Below the pieces are notes generated by a model that was given only the letters and a program-made list of their open reading frames with translations, ran no database searches and was not told the origin of the DNA. This document shows, piece after piece, positions 32,994-43,052 of a DNA stretch of 50,077 bases (its first letter is position 1; every line of letters begins with the position of its first letter). The stretch is from IMG/VR virus record IMGVR_UViG_3300025519_000005, positions 1 to 50,077 of that record; one strand, 5' to 3'. The translations under genes were made by a program, and so were the position numbers. This DNA comes from a virus (Duplodnaviria; Caudoviricetes).

Positions 32994-34391
32994 TCACGCA
33001 ATCTTCTCGATCCGCGCCTTCAGCGCGTCGATCAGCGCCTGCTGCGTCCGGGCCTTCGATTCCAGGCGCTTCGCCACTTCCTCGTCCATCGAATCCCGGA
33101 CCATCAGGAAATGCTCGATCACCTTCTCCTGTTGCCCCTGCCGGTGCAGCCGCTTCTGTGCCTGCTCGTACAGCTCCAACGACCACGGCAGCGTAAACCA
33201 GCAGATATGATTTCCGCCCCGCTGCAAGTTGAGCCCATAGGCCGTGCTGGCGGGATGCGCCAGACCAATATGGATCTTTCTCGCGTTCCAGTCAGCATAA
33301 TCCTGCGGCCCTTTCAGCTCCCTTACTTGCAGCCCCCGCGCTTTTCGCAACGCCCGCAAAATCCTATCCCTGTCATGCTGGAAGCCGTAAAACGTCAGCA
33401 GCGGCTTTCCCTGCAGCGATTCCACCAACTCTAAAAAGGCTTCAATCTTCGCGTCATGCACTTCATGTACATTCCGCTGCTCATCGTAGACAGCGCCCGC
33501 GCAGAACTGCAGCAGCTTGTTTGTGACAGCCGCGGCCTGCGCCGCCGTGATGACCTCGCCGTCCAGCTCCAGCACCTGCCGCCGTTCAAAGTCCCGGTAT
33601 GCCTGCCGCGCTTTTGCGTTCAGCTCGATCGGGATCCGGTTTTGCACCAGCTCCGGCAGCTCCAGATAATCCTCCGCCTTCATGCTGATGCAGACGTCCT
33701 CGATCGCCTGCTTGATCGCTTCCTCGGTTCCAATCTTCGAAGCATACTTGTGAAAATCGCCCATTGGCACCCGATCAAAATATCTCGTCCGGAACTGCTC
33801 AAACCGCGGGTATAGCCGTTGCCCCTGATCCAGCAGATACACCTGTGCCCAGACGTCCAGTGTACTGTTCGGCGCCGGCGTGCCGGTGAGGCCCAGCACA
33901 CGCTGAATCTTCGGCCGGACCCGTTTCATGGCCTTGAACCGATTGGAGCTCGGATTCTTGAAACTGCTCAGCTCATCCAGCACCACCATATCGAACGGCC
34001 AGTTCTGGCGATAATGGTCTACGAGCCATTGCACATTGTCCCGGCCGATCACGTAGATGTCCGCCGGCGTCGCCAGCGCCCGCAGCCGCTGCCGTTCCGA
34101 TCCCAGCACCGTCTGCACACGCAGCAACCGCAGATGCTCCCACCGCTCTGCCTCGTCCGTCCAGGTCGCCTCGGCCACCTTCTTCGGCGCGATGACCAGT
34201 GTCTTGCGGACCGCGAACCGGTTGTACATGAGATCGTTCACGCCGGTCAGCGTGATCACTGTCTTGCCGAGACCCATGTCGAGGAACAATCCGAGATACG
34301 GATCCGTAACGACGCGGTGGATGCAGTATCGCTGATAAGGCCATGGTTTGAAAATCTCCCGCGGCGCCGTGTCCGCTCGAAGCAGCGTCAT
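32994..34391 (-). CDS. SNF2-like helicase
   Basis: LDMGLGKT, DELSSFK, GLTGTP, GLNLQ, RLHRQGQ. Confidence 0.92.
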   Translation of the reverse strand: MTLLRADTAPREIFKPWPYQRYCIHRVVTDPYLGLFLDMGLGKTVITLTGVNDLMYNRFAVRKTLVIAPKKVAEATWTDEAERWEHLRLLRVQTVLGSERQRLRALATPADIYVIGRDNVQWLVDHYRQNWPFDMVVLDELSSFKNPSSNRFKAMKRVRPKIQRVLGLTGTPAPNSTLDVWAQVYLLDQGQRLYPRFEQFRTRYFDRVPMGDFHKYASKIGTEEAIKQAIEDVCISMKAEDYLELPELVQNRIPIELNAKARQAYRDFERRQVLELDGEVITAAQAAAVTNKLLQFCAGAVYDEQRNVHEVHDAKIEAFLELVESLQGKPLLTFYGFQHDRDRILRALRKARGLQVRELKGPQDYADWNARKIHIGLAHPASTAYGLNLQRGGNHICWFTLPWSLELYEQAQKRLHRQGQQEKVIEHFLMVRDSMDEEVAKRLESKARTQQALIDALKARIEKIA

Positions 34392-34705
34392 TGAAACATC
34401 CCTTCCTGGATGGCGTACTCCAAAAATCCTTCCTCGTGATATTGCAGCAGGCTATCAACCTTCTCCCTGCTGTCAACCACGGCCACAAGCTGCCCGAGGT
34501 CCCGCAGGCGCTTATGCTGGTGAAGCTGCAGGGCGGTCGGCTTCTTGCCCGGCGCCTTCAGCTCGACGAACACCACCCGGCCGCCAGGCAGGAACACAAT
34601 CCGATCAGGGACGCCGTTGTTGCCGGGGCTGGTCCACTTCGGGGCCCAGCCGCCAACCTCCCGCACCCGATCCCGAAGATAGGTTTCGATATTGCGCTCT
34701 CTCAT
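34388..34705 (-). CDS. VRR-NUC nuclease
   Basis: ERNIE..GVPDRIV..FVELKAPG..LQ. Confidence 0.92.
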   Translation of the reverse strand: MRERNIETYLRDRVREVGGWAPKWTSPGNNGVPDRIVFLPGGRVVFVELKAPGKKPTALQLHQHKRLRDLGQLVAVVDSREKVDSLLQYHEEGFLEYAIQEGMFQ

Positions 34706-34739
34706 GGTTCAAACCTCTCTTTCACGTCAACCACGAAAC

Positions 34740-34968
34740 TTATATATAACGCGGGAATCGCGATTAGAGGGATTAGGCATTATTTGTCCGCTCTAATTTC
34801 TCTAATCTCTCTAATTACACTTTCTACAGATTACATAGTTTACAAAGTATACATATTAAAAAGCCTAATATATCAAGGGATTTAGAGCATTTAGGCGTAA
34901 ACCCCGTAAACATCGCCTAATTTTTGGCAATGGTTTACAAAATGGCCTTTCAGTTTACGGGGTTTACG
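34740..34968. other. Putative replication origin of prophage B
   Basis: AT-rich non-coding gap; perfect 16-bp inverted repeat CGTAAACCCCGTAAAC (34896-34911) / GTTTACGGGGTTTACG (34953-34968); further GTTTAC copies; CTCTAAT x3 at 9-bp spacing. Confidence 0.7.
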
Positions 34969-37417
34969 TGTTCTCAGCCCTTTTAAACCCTTTTTGGGTT
35001 CCGTAGCTGGCCCCAGCTCGAATTGTGCTCGCCCTCTCCCACCCTTTCATCTTTGAGAGAACGGCATTGATCCTCGCCGCATCCTGCCGCGGGATGGCCT
35101 TGCGCTCGCCCAGGCATTCCCGCCAGATTTCGGCTGCACATACTCGGTCTCGGCGCACCAGCCGCCCATTGTATTGCATGCCGCCGCCCCAGAAAATCAT
35201 GCGCCGCTCAAGGTCCCATTTCAGCCAGTCCTCCGGCACTGGCCGTTCCAGAAACTCCTCAATTATGCCCTCCAATGGATCACGGACCATGTGCTCCTGC
35301 CGGCGCCGCTCCGCTTCAGCTTCCATTTCTGCCGACAGATAAAGCGTCTCGCCTTCGCGCCACCGAAAGACGGCCTCCGCCCATATCTGGTCCACTTCCG
35401 CGTCGGTTAAGTGCTCGAACACGTTTTTGGTTGCTCTCTCCGGCCTAGCGTCAACCGGCCAAAACCGGCGGTTGCCTGTTGGGTCATGCAAATATTCGTG
35501 GTCGTTGGTCGTACCGAAGAACACCGCGCGCCGGATTTGGTTCTTCACATTCCGGCCATAAGCTTCCCGGTATTGGTCATCTTCTTTGCTGAGGAACTGC
35601 TTAATTCGGTTGATGTCGACCCGGTTGAACGCCTGCAGCTCTGCGATCTCGACGATCCATTTGCCCTGGATGAGCTCCTCGGCCTCTTTGCCCTCGAAGG
35701 ACTTTATGCTGTCGGTGAACCACTCTTTGCCCAGGCGTCGGAAGAGCGTAGACTTGCCAATCCCCTGTTTCTGGCTGAACAAGACCGTCATGTAGTCAAA
35801 CTTGACTTTGCCGACCATAGCCCGGGCGACAGCCGCCACCAGTGCCTTGCGCGCCACCGTGCGCACGAATTCGCAGTCTTCTGCGCCGAAGTAGTCGATG
35901 TAGATGGTGTCCAGCCGCGGCACACCATCCCAGGTGAGGCTGTCGAGATAAGCTGCGACCGGGTTAATCGCGTTCGCTTCGGCGATCTCTGACAGCGCCA
36001 TGCGCAGAGGACGTTCCGAGCTGAAGCCGAGCACGCGGTCGACGTACAGGCCGAGCCCGTTGTCGTCCGAGTCGTCCCAGACGAACGTGCCGTGCGTATG
36101 CGCGCGCCGGGCCCACGGCAGCGGGCCGCGGCCCATCAGGCGCTCCGCGAACGTGTCGCGGTAGATGCGGCCGGCTACTGCCGGGTCATGGCGAAGCAAC
36201 GTCAGAATGTTGTATGGCGTCTTCGCCGGCCGGCCCGTCGTCGGGGAGAGCTCCAGCAGCTTGATCCAGTCCGTGCTCTGCTCCGCCGGCTGTCCGTCGG
36301 CGCCTTGCAGGCTGCCGGCCGACTGTACCGTGCTCTGGAACGCCTCGACAGCGCGCTCGTATCGCTCCTGCTGCATGGCGGCCGCCACGCCGGCATCCTG
36401 CAGCGCGAATGTCACCATGGCGGTGTACGACGGCAGCCGGTTCGTCGGCGTGCCGGGCGCCGCATCGTCGTCCTGGTCGCCGAATTTGTGCAGACGCACG
36501 AGGTCAAAGGCATTGACCAGGCGGCCGGAGACCGGGTCCGTCGCGTGGTGGCTGTAAAGGAATTTTCCGTCGTCGTACACCACGGCGCCGCCGGTCGTGC
36601 TGCCGCCGGTGTACGTCCAGCGCGTCGGATCGTCTGTCGGCTCATAGATGCCGGGCAGAAACGTCTCCATGGCCGCATAGATGTCATAGATCCGGCAGAA
36701 CGCCCCAACGACGCCAGGTTTGGTCAGCGGATCGCCTTGTTTCGCGGCCAGGCGGATGTGCTGGCTGTCCGCGCCAGGCACCTGCGGCCATGTGGTCCAG
36801 TCCCTCCAGTCCGCGTACAGCGCCAGCATGCCGTCCGCCGACAGGAACGGCTTGTCGCCGTAGTAGTAGATGTACTGACTGTCCGCGCAGCAGCTCGGCC
36901 AGTACATGAGCCGGACGGTCTGGAAAGTCGTCGGGTCACACAACTCTATGCCGATCATTTCGACCAACTTGCGCGCGATCGGTTCGTATTCGTCCGGCGT
37001 CATCGTACGATCCGTCGGCACGATCAGGCGTAGCCGCGGGCGGTCGGGCGAGTGCTTGCGCGTGGAATAGACGACGCACGCGCAACCGAGGCCATCGATC
37101 CGGCGCAGCACGTCGTCGGTGCCGAATGGCGGGATGGTGTCGAGGTCGAGCGTGATGAGGTCACGCCCGACCATGGCAGACACCTTACGCCGGCCGCCGG
37201 AGAGCTCGCCGCCGACAAAGCCGCCGACGTCCTTGAGATCGTCCTGGCGCGACTTCGGCAGTGCGAGATACTCGGCGAGCGTCTCCGTGCCGCGGACCGC
37301 CGTGCGCAGCCGCTCGATAAGCTCGGACCAGTAGATGACTTGGTTCTGCCAATTCGTGCTGTGCCGGTTACCGGCCGTGGATATGGTCAGTTGCCTGTCA
37401 AATTGAAGCACCGGCAT
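34964..37417 (-). CDS. Primase-helicase with VirE/VapE domain
   Basis: KDVGGFVGG, LDLD, STRKH N-terminal primase; WDGVPRL, KQGIGKST, EIAEL, GTTN, TGNRRFWP. Confidence 0.92.
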   Translation of the reverse strand: MPVLQFDRQLTISTAGNRHSTNWQNQVIYWSELIERLRTAVRGTETLAEYLALPKSRQDDLKDVGGFVGGELSGGRRKVSAMVGRDLITLDLDTIPPFGTDDVLRRIDGLGCACVVYSTRKHSPDRPRLRLIVPTDRTMTPDEYEPIARKLVEMIGIELCDPTTFQTVRLMYWPSCCADSQYIYYYGDKPFLSADGMLALYADWRDWTTWPQVPGADSQHIRLAAKQGDPLTKPGVVGAFCRIYDIYAAMETFLPGIYEPTDDPTRWTYTGGSTTGGAVVYDDGKFLYSHHATDPVSGRLVNAFDLVRLHKFGDQDDDAAPGTPTNRLPSYTAMVTFALQDAGVAAAMQQERYERAVEAFQSTVQSAGSLQGADGQPAEQSTDWIKLLELSPTTGRPAKTPYNILTLLRHDPAVAGRIYRDTFAERLMGRGPLPWARRAHTHGTFVWDDSDDNGLGLYVDRVLGFSSERPLRMALSEIAEANAINPVAAYLDSLTWDGVPRLDTIYIDYFGAEDCEFVRTVARKALVAAVARAMVGKVKFDYMTVLFSQKQGIGKSTLFRRLGKEWFTDSIKSFEGKEAEELIQGKWIVEIAELQAFNRVDINRIKQFLSKEDDQYREAYGRNVKNQIRRAVFFGTTNDHEYLHDPTGNRRFWPVDARPERATKNVFEHLTDAEVDQIWAEAVFRWREGETLYLSAEMEAEAERRRQEHMVRDPLEGIIEEFLERPVPEDWLKWDLERRMIFWGGGMQYNGRLVRRDRVCAAEIWRECLGERKAIPRQDAARINAVLSKMKGWERASTIRAGASYGTQKGFKRAENT

Positions 37418-37433
37418 GGTGCGCTCAGTCCTT

Positions 37434-37625
37434 TCAGCTGGTCACCTTCCGCATTTCGTCGATAGCCTGCGCCAATTGTTGAACAACCCGCCGCGTAGGA
37501 CTCGTAAACTGGGATGAGCGCCCACTGATCACCATGCGACGTTGCAAGTTATCAAGTTGGTCATGAAGGCGCACGAGCTTTGCAAAAGCGTTATTTAGCT
37601 GCGTTTGTTCCGATTTGCTGAGCAT
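37434..37625 (-). CDS. Hypothetical protein
   Basis: RBS AAAGGAGG, ATG at 37625. Confidence 0.5.
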   Translation of the reverse strand: MLSKSEQTQLNNAFAKLVRLHDQLDNLQRRMVISGRSSQFTSPTRRVVQQLAQAIDEMRKVTS

Positions 37626-38418
37626 TTGGATTCCTCCTTTTTCCCGGTTTATTACTTTTCTTGCGCGCGGCAATTTTTTGAAGCAGGTCGGCCATGATGA
37701 TGCCCGTTTTGGTCAGTTCGGTGTTATTTCGAATCAGGCCATGCTTGTTCATGACAGCCAGCTGCTGCCGAGAGACCAAGATAAGATTTTCAGGGTCGAA
37801 ATTTCGGCGGTTTCCGTCTCCGAAAATCACCGCATATCCTTTCGGAACCGGTCGACCGTGGTGCTGCTCCCAAACGAGCAGATGCTTCCCTCTCCACTTG
37901 TTCGGATCAGCGATTTTGACATCTATATAACCGTCTGCGTTCACCCGCTCGGATCCGACAGGCATGTAATTGTGCGGAAGATGGCCTTTTCTGAATCGAG
38001 TCGCTTCACCGCCAGCCCAGGTTCTGGGTTTGCCTTTGTTCGGAGGGGCCATTCCTTCCGAACCTCTCAGTCCGCTGGAATATCCGTGATTCTTCTTCCA
38101 GGCTTTGATTTGCTTCACCGTCACGGAGAGCCCAAATTTCTCGTTCACAAGATCAACCAGCTCTCGGTTGTGCCGTCCTCCGACATTTTGAATGAGGAAT
38201 TCCTTTTGCTCTTTCGTGAACAGGCCCTCATCGCTCGTAATCCGCCTCCTGGGCACACCGCTCTCGATGTTGTAGTTTTTCTTGAGGCTTCGAATCTGGC
38301 AGGCGGTGGCATTGGCCCCAAATCTGGCGTTGAACAGCTCGGCAATCTCCTCGTTGTACCGACCAGGAGCGATTTCACGGATAAAAGCGATTTGTTCCGG
38401 TGTGTATCTGCGCCTCAT
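37591..38418 (-). CDS. HNH endonuclease with duplicated N-terminal DNA-binding repeats
   Basis: YTPEQ/FTKEQ repeats; PVGSERV..DGY; KHLLVWEQHHG..FGDGNRRN..NL. Confidence 0.85.
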   Translation of the reverse strand: MRRRYTPEQIAFIREIAPGRYNEEIAELFNARFGANATACQIRSLKKNYNIESGVPRRRITSDEGLFTKEQKEFLIQNVGGRHNRELVDLVNEKFGLSVTVKQIKAWKKNHGYSSGLRGSEGMAPPNKGKPRTWAGGEATRFRKGHLPHNYMPVGSERVNADGYIDVKIADPNKWRGKHLLVWEQHHGRPVPKGYAVIFGDGNRRNFDPENLILVSRQQLAVMNKHGLIRNNTELTKTGIIMADLLQKIAARKKSNKPGKRRNPNAQQIGTNAAK

Positions 38419-38651
38419 TTTTCGCCCTCGAGCATCTTCGGCAACTTGGTGTCCGCACTCATCTTGTCATCGACGAATCTTTGCGCTTCCAGTACGAGCG
38501 TTCCCGTATCAATGATTTTGGTCGCGATACCCATAATGGCCCGTGCCCGGTTGATCTCCTCGTTCAACGCTTCGCCCTTCAAATCCTCATCAGATAAGCG
38601 CTCCAGCTGCGCAAAAAGATGGTTGTTCAGGTCTCCGAGCGTGTTTTTCAT
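38415..38651 (-). CDS. Conserved small partner of the HNH gene
   Basis: MKNTLGDLNNHLFAQLERL..EINRARA. Confidence 0.75.
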   Translation of the reverse strand: MKNTLGDLNNHLFAQLERLSDEDLKGEALNEEINRARAIMGIATKIIDTGTLVLEAQRFVDDKMSADTKLPKMLEGEK

Positions 38652-38665
38652 CTTCGGATCACCTC

Positions 38666-40633
38666 TCAATCCTTCATATAGAATTCAGCCACGAACCCAG
38701 CCGCATCGAGCGGCAGGCCCGGCGCCCAGTCGATCGGTTCGCGCATGATGTCGAGCATCTCGTCCAGCCGGTCGCCATCTACCTCCGCCACAACCTCGTC
38801 GTGGACGTGCATGACGATTTCAAAGCCAGCCGCATGCAGCTTCATCATCGCGTTCGCCAAACAATCCCGACTGATCGCCTGGACGACGTTTTCCGTGAGC
38901 TTCCCGCCGTAAGTGGAGAGCACCGTCCACTTGCCGCCCTCGGTGCCGTAATAGTGGATAGCCGGCCGACCGAACTGGTTTTCGACGATGTGCGGCTGCG
39001 GATAGTAGAGCTTCCGGCCCGAATGAAGCCGGATCGTCATAAAATCCTGTCCGGTCCGGCTGTCCATCTCCCGAGCGAGCACCAGCCCGCGCAGACCGAC
39101 CGCTTCGCCGGTCTGGACGGCGTGCAGCGCCGCCCCCTCGATCGATCGCCAAAACTCCACGATGGCGCGGTTTGCGTTGCGCCAGCGCTCGACGATCTCC
39201 GGCAGTTCGTCCTCACTCAGCCCCATGTCCAACGCGCCCATACTGATCAGCGCGCCGACGCCGCCCTGGTAGCCAAGCGCCAGCTCTGCGACCTTACCCT
39301 TTTGCCGCAGCTCGCTGCCTTTGCCGATCTGTTCGATCGGCACACCGAACATCTGCGACGCTGATGCCTCATAGATCTTGCCGTGCGTCTTGAAAACGTC
39401 GATACGCCACTGCTCCCCAGCCAGCCAGGCCAGGACGCGCGCCTCGATCGCGCTGAAGTCCGCGACGTGGAGCGTTGCTCCCTGGCGGGCGATCAGCGCC
39501 GTGCGGATGAGCTGCGAGAGCGTATCCGACAGGCTGCCGTACAACAACTTAAGCGCGTCGGCGTTGCCGCTTGTAGCCAAAGAACGCGCCAACTCGATAG
39601 CAGGGATGTCGTTACGAGGCAGGTTTTGCACTTGCACGAGCCTGCCTGCCCATCGGCCGGTTCGGTTCGCGCCATAGAATTGGAACAGCCCGCGGATCCG
39701 ATCGTCGTCACAGATCGTCTCGCGCATGGCGGCATACTTCTTGGTGCTGGACTTGCTGAGCTCTTGCCTTATTTCCAGGACTCGCCGGGCCTTCCCGGGC
39801 TCGAGCTTTTCGACCATTTTGGCGACGGTGCCCTTCCGCAGATCGGCTACCTCTTCGCCGGTCTCCTCTTCCAACCAGCTGGTGAGCTGCTGTACCGATT
39901 TCGGATTCTCGATTCTGGTCAGCTGCACGGCTTCGGCGATGAGTGCGGCCGTCTCGGTGTCAAGCATCCGGATCGCTGACTCAACAAGCTGCCGGTCACA
40001 TTGCACCCCGCGCTCGTTGATCCGCATGTCGAGCCTCCAGAGCGCCCACTCCTGTTCTGGCACCGGGAAGGCGTCGAGCTTTTCGGCAATTGCCATTTCA
40101 GCAGCCACGTCGCCGGCGCAGTATTGCTTGAACGTCCGCCACTTCTCCGGCTCATGATGCGGCAGCGTGCGGGTCCGGCCGCCGTTGGACTTGGTCGGAT
40201 TACAGGGAACGCAGAACGTCCGGATCAGCGCGCCGCCGACGGACATCTTTTTCTTGTCTTGAGCAATCCCGACCGCCTCGCCGGCTGCTGCCAGGCTGCC
40301 CGGATAGCCGCAGTAGTAGGCGTGGATCATGCTGCAGCGCCATTGGGGCAGCCAGGTGAGAGGATCGATTAGACCGAAATGCTTGCTCAGACAGTACCAC
40401 TCAAACGCCGCATTCCATGCCCGCTTTTCGACAGTAGGGTCTCGCAACGCATCGACGATCTGCTGCGGAATATGCTCACCCTGCGCGAGATCGACCACCT
40501 GTACAGGCTGACCATCGAGACTGTAAGCGAACAGAAGCACGCTGAAATCGGGGGCCTGCACATATCTGTACAGGCCCGATTTCTTGATGTCGACGCTCGA
40601 GTACGTCTCGATGTCCACTGATAGCCGGCTCAT
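38666..40633 (-). CDS. polA: Phage family A DNA polymerase
   Basis: DIETYS exonuclease, RTGRWAG, ADFSAIEARV, RQKGKVAELALGY, HVHDEV. Confidence 0.95.
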   Translation of the reverse strand: MSRLSVDIETYSSVDIKKSGLYRYVQAPDFSVLLFAYSLDGQPVQVVDLAQGEHIPQQIVDALRDPTVEKRAWNAAFEWYCLSKHFGLIDPLTWLPQWRCSMIHAYYCGYPGSLAAAGEAVGIAQDKKKMSVGGALIRTFCVPCNPTKSNGGRTRTLPHHEPEKWRTFKQYCAGDVAAEMAIAEKLDAFPVPEQEWALWRLDMRINERGVQCDRQLVESAIRMLDTETAALIAEAVQLTRIENPKSVQQLTSWLEEETGEEVADLRKGTVAKMVEKLEPGKARRVLEIRQELSKSSTKKYAAMRETICDDDRIRGLFQFYGANRTGRWAGRLVQVQNLPRNDIPAIELARSLATSGNADALKLLYGSLSDTLSQLIRTALIARQGATLHVADFSAIEARVLAWLAGEQWRIDVFKTHGKIYEASASQMFGVPIEQIGKGSELRQKGKVAELALGYQGGVGALISMGALDMGLSEDELPEIVERWRNANRAIVEFWRSIEGAALHAVQTGEAVGLRGLVLAREMDSRTGQDFMTIRLHSGRKLYYPQPHIVENQFGRPAIHYYGTEGGKWTVLSTYGGKLTENVVQAISRDCLANAMMKLHAAGFEIVMHVHDEVVAEVDGDRLDEMLDIMREPIDWAPGLPLDAAGFVAEFYMKD

Positions 40634-41367
40634 ATGCCGTAGATGCCGCCGCCGAGCGGCTGACCGGTGATGGGATCAATTTGCTGCGGCACTTGCGGCG
40701 CCGGTTGTTGGCCGTATGCCGGCGGCTGCGGTGCGGCAGACTGCCCGTAACCGGGAGCCGGCTGACCGTACCCTTGCGGCTGGGCCGCGGGCGGCATATT
40801 CACCCCCGGCTGGCCGTATGCCGGCGGAGCTGCCGGCGCCGGAGCGGCACCGAACGCATCTGCCGCCGAGACGCGGCCGCCCAGCGGCTCGCCGTCGCGC
40901 AGGATCTGCACCGGACCGAGGCCGGCAGCGATGCCGCGATTCCCAGATTGGGAGTACGGGAAAAAGTTGATGTGCACCCGGCCATAGACGCCGCTATAGA
41001 CCTTGGACTGGTCGATGATCGGATTGAGCTGCGCGTCCACGATTTCCGGCCGCTGTTTGCTCGACGCCGTGAAAACCCAGTGCCCGCGGCACTCCGGCCC
41101 GAACGGCTCGCCGCTCGGGCGCACGTCGTCGCCGTCGTGGATCGTGTGCTTCAGCGGCGGCCGAGCACCGTTCCACTTCTGCGCGACGCCTTGCTCATAG
41201 GCCGCCTGGATCGCCGCTTGAATCCTGTTGTACGTCGCCACGTCGCTCTTCGGCAGCAGGATCGTCACGCTGTACTTCGGCTCCCCGCCCTGTTGCGGTG
41301 CACGCGGTTGGAACAGATTGACGTAGCTCAGACGCACTTCACCCGTTACAACACTCGTTTGACTCAT
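40630..41367 (-). CDS. DUF2815 ssDNA-binding protein
   Basis: VRLSYV..PKYSV..DGD..VYSGVYGR..GNRGIAAGL..DGEPLGG; P/Q-rich tail. Confidence 0.9.
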   Translation of the reverse strand: MSQTSVVTGEVRLSYVNLFQPRAPQQGGEPKYSVTILLPKSDVATYNRIQAAIQAAYEQGVAQKWNGARPPLKHTIHDGDDVRPSGEPFGPECRGHWVFTASSKQRPEIVDAQLNPIIDQSKVYSGVYGRVHINFFPYSQSGNRGIAAGLGPVQILRDGEPLGGRVSAADAFGAAPAPAAPPAYGQPGVNMPPAAQPQGYGQPAPGYGQSAAPQPPAYGQQPAPQVPQQIDPITGQPLGGGIYGI

Positions 41368-41394
41368 TGACTGATCGACTCCTTATCATGCGAT

Positions 41395-42570
41395 TTATTG
41401 GGCATCGGCAAATACTGCCGCTGCTTTCGAGTATGCCGGCCGCTTGTCGCTTTCCGGCGCCAGCGTCGGCTTGCCGGGCTCTTTCACCACGTAGCCGGGC
41501 TCCTCGAGCAGCTTCCGATACTGCTCTTTTCCCAGCGCTTTTTCGATCTGCGCTACCGTGAGCGGCCGGCGCTCATACATGATCGCCTCGTCAATGCCAG
41601 CGGCTCGGAGCGCGCCGAATGCCTCGTCGATGTCCTTGTACTGCCTCGAGCCGCGGCCCTCGACTGCCTTCCAGCCCGGCACTTCGCCGCCGTCGAGGAT
41701 GTGCGAAAGCGCCAGCTCCTTCAGATCGTTGTACCAGCTGACGATGCCCTCGGCCTTCCGGAGCACTTCGCCAACTTCTTCCCAGCCGATGATCGGCGGC
41801 TTGTGCGGAGCGAGCTCAGCGGCGCCGAAGAACTGTTCGATCCGCGCCTGGCATGTCTCGCGCGCCCGGCAGAATGTGCAGTGCTCGCCCGGCACATACT
41901 CGCCCTCGCCGGCATAGGCCCGCTGCGCAATCGGCGCGATCTCGGCCGCCCAGCGCTCCAGCTCCTCGACGGTGATCTCATCCTCCTGCGGTTCGTCATA
42001 CACCTTCGGCTGGATGATCGCCATTCGGACGCGCTGGACCGGGAAGATGCCGGCGACAAGCTTCAGCGCGCCCAGGGCGTAAAGCCGCATCTGCTCGTTG
42101 CCCCGGATCGGCACAGGCTTGCCCTGGCCGGTCTTGAGGTCAGCGATCACCATGAGGTCGTCGCCCACGGCCACAAAGTCCGCCGTCCCGAAACCGCCCG
42201 GCGCTACATGCGAATAGTCGACGCGGGCTTCGATCATGACGTAGGGGCTGGAGCTGAACTGCATGCCAACCGCCTTGCAGTAGTCCACGAACGTGTCGGC
42301 GATCTTCTCCAGCTCTGGGCTGTAGTGCTCGCTCTCGCGGAATTTCTTCATAAGATTGGCGAACTTCCGCGGCCCGATCGGATCGGTGTAGTACTTCCGG
42401 AGCTTGAGCTCGGCCATCTCGTGACCGAGCGTGCCGGCGGCGGAATAACTCGTCCGCCGGTCCGGCAGCGTCTCCTCCAGCCGAGCGCTCGGCGTGCAGC
42501 GCAGCCAGCGATGGGCTCCGCTGGCGGAGAGGAGCGCATGCTCGCGCTCCGCGTGTGCAATTGCCGTCAT
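41395..42570 (-). CDS. DUF2800 PD-(D/E)xK (Cas4-like) nuclease
   Basis: HALLSASGAHRWLRC, GFGTAD, DLKTG, QMRLYALG, HCTFCRARETC. Confidence 0.9.
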   Translation of the reverse strand: MTAIAHAEREHALLSASGAHRWLRCTPSARLEETLPDRRTSYSAAGTLGHEMAELKLRKYYTDPIGPRKFANLMKKFRESEHYSPELEKIADTFVDYCKAVGMQFSSSPYVMIEARVDYSHVAPGGFGTADFVAVGDDLMVIADLKTGQGKPVPIRGNEQMRLYALGALKLVAGIFPVQRVRMAIIQPKVYDEPQEDEITVEELERWAAEIAPIAQRAYAGEGEYVPGEHCTFCRARETCQARIEQFFGAAELAPHKPPIIGWEEVGEVLRKAEGIVSWYNDLKELALSHILDGGEVPGWKAVEGRGSRQYKDIDEAFGALRAAGIDEAIMYERRPLTVAQIEKALGKEQYRKLLEEPGYVVKEPGKPTLAPESDKRPAYSKAAAVFADAQ

Positions 42571-43052
42571 ATCTTCGCACCCCGCTGGCGCAGCGCTGCC
42601 GCGTACTCGGCATAGCGCTCCTTCGGCAGTTGGTTCAACGCTTGGATGCCGAACGGAGCCCATATCCCATAGAGGTTGTGCCCGGCCTCCTGCAACTGCA
42701 TGGTTGCCGTGGCGATTTGGTTAAAATCGTACTGCGGTGCCGACGTCGGCGCGGCAGGAGCGACAGGCGGCTGCGGTGCTTGCGGTGCCGCCGGGGCAGC
42801 CGGAGTCGTCGGAGCCGCGGCAACCGGCGCAACCGGCACGTTGACTGTCCCGCTCGTTGCCGTGGTTGCCATCGGCGGCACCGGATTGCCCCCGCTGTTC
42901 GGGCTCGGCTGCGCCGGTTGCTCAAGCGTCGAGACTTTCGTGCCGACCGGGATATCCGCCGCCTTCACGCTGGCGATCGTCTCAGCCAGATCATGTACAA
43001 GCTGGCGGACTTCGTCCGCGTTATTGCCTTCGATCGTGATGGAAATGGGCAT
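42567..43052 (-). CDS. Hypothetical P/A-rich phage protein
   Basis: Usual position upstream of DUF2800; C-terminal FGIQALNQLPKERY. Confidence 0.7.
   Translation of the reverse strand: MPISITIEGNNADEVRQLVHDLAETIASVKAADIPVGTKVSTLEQPAQPSPNSGGNPVPPMATTATSGTVNVPVAPVAAAPTTPAAPAAPQAPQPPVAPAAPTSAPQYDFNQIATATMQLQEAGHNLYGIWAPFGIQALNQLPKERYAEYAAALRQRGAKI

Noticed and set aside
40640-40860. Repetitive GC-rich DNA at the end of DUF2815
   Set aside because: Explained by a low-complexity P/Q/A/YGQ protein tail, not a DNA repeat element.
41395-42570. Cas4-like gene as part of a CRISPR system
   Set aside because: No repeat-spacer array or other cas genes; DUF2800 is a standard member of the PolA/DUF2815 phage module.
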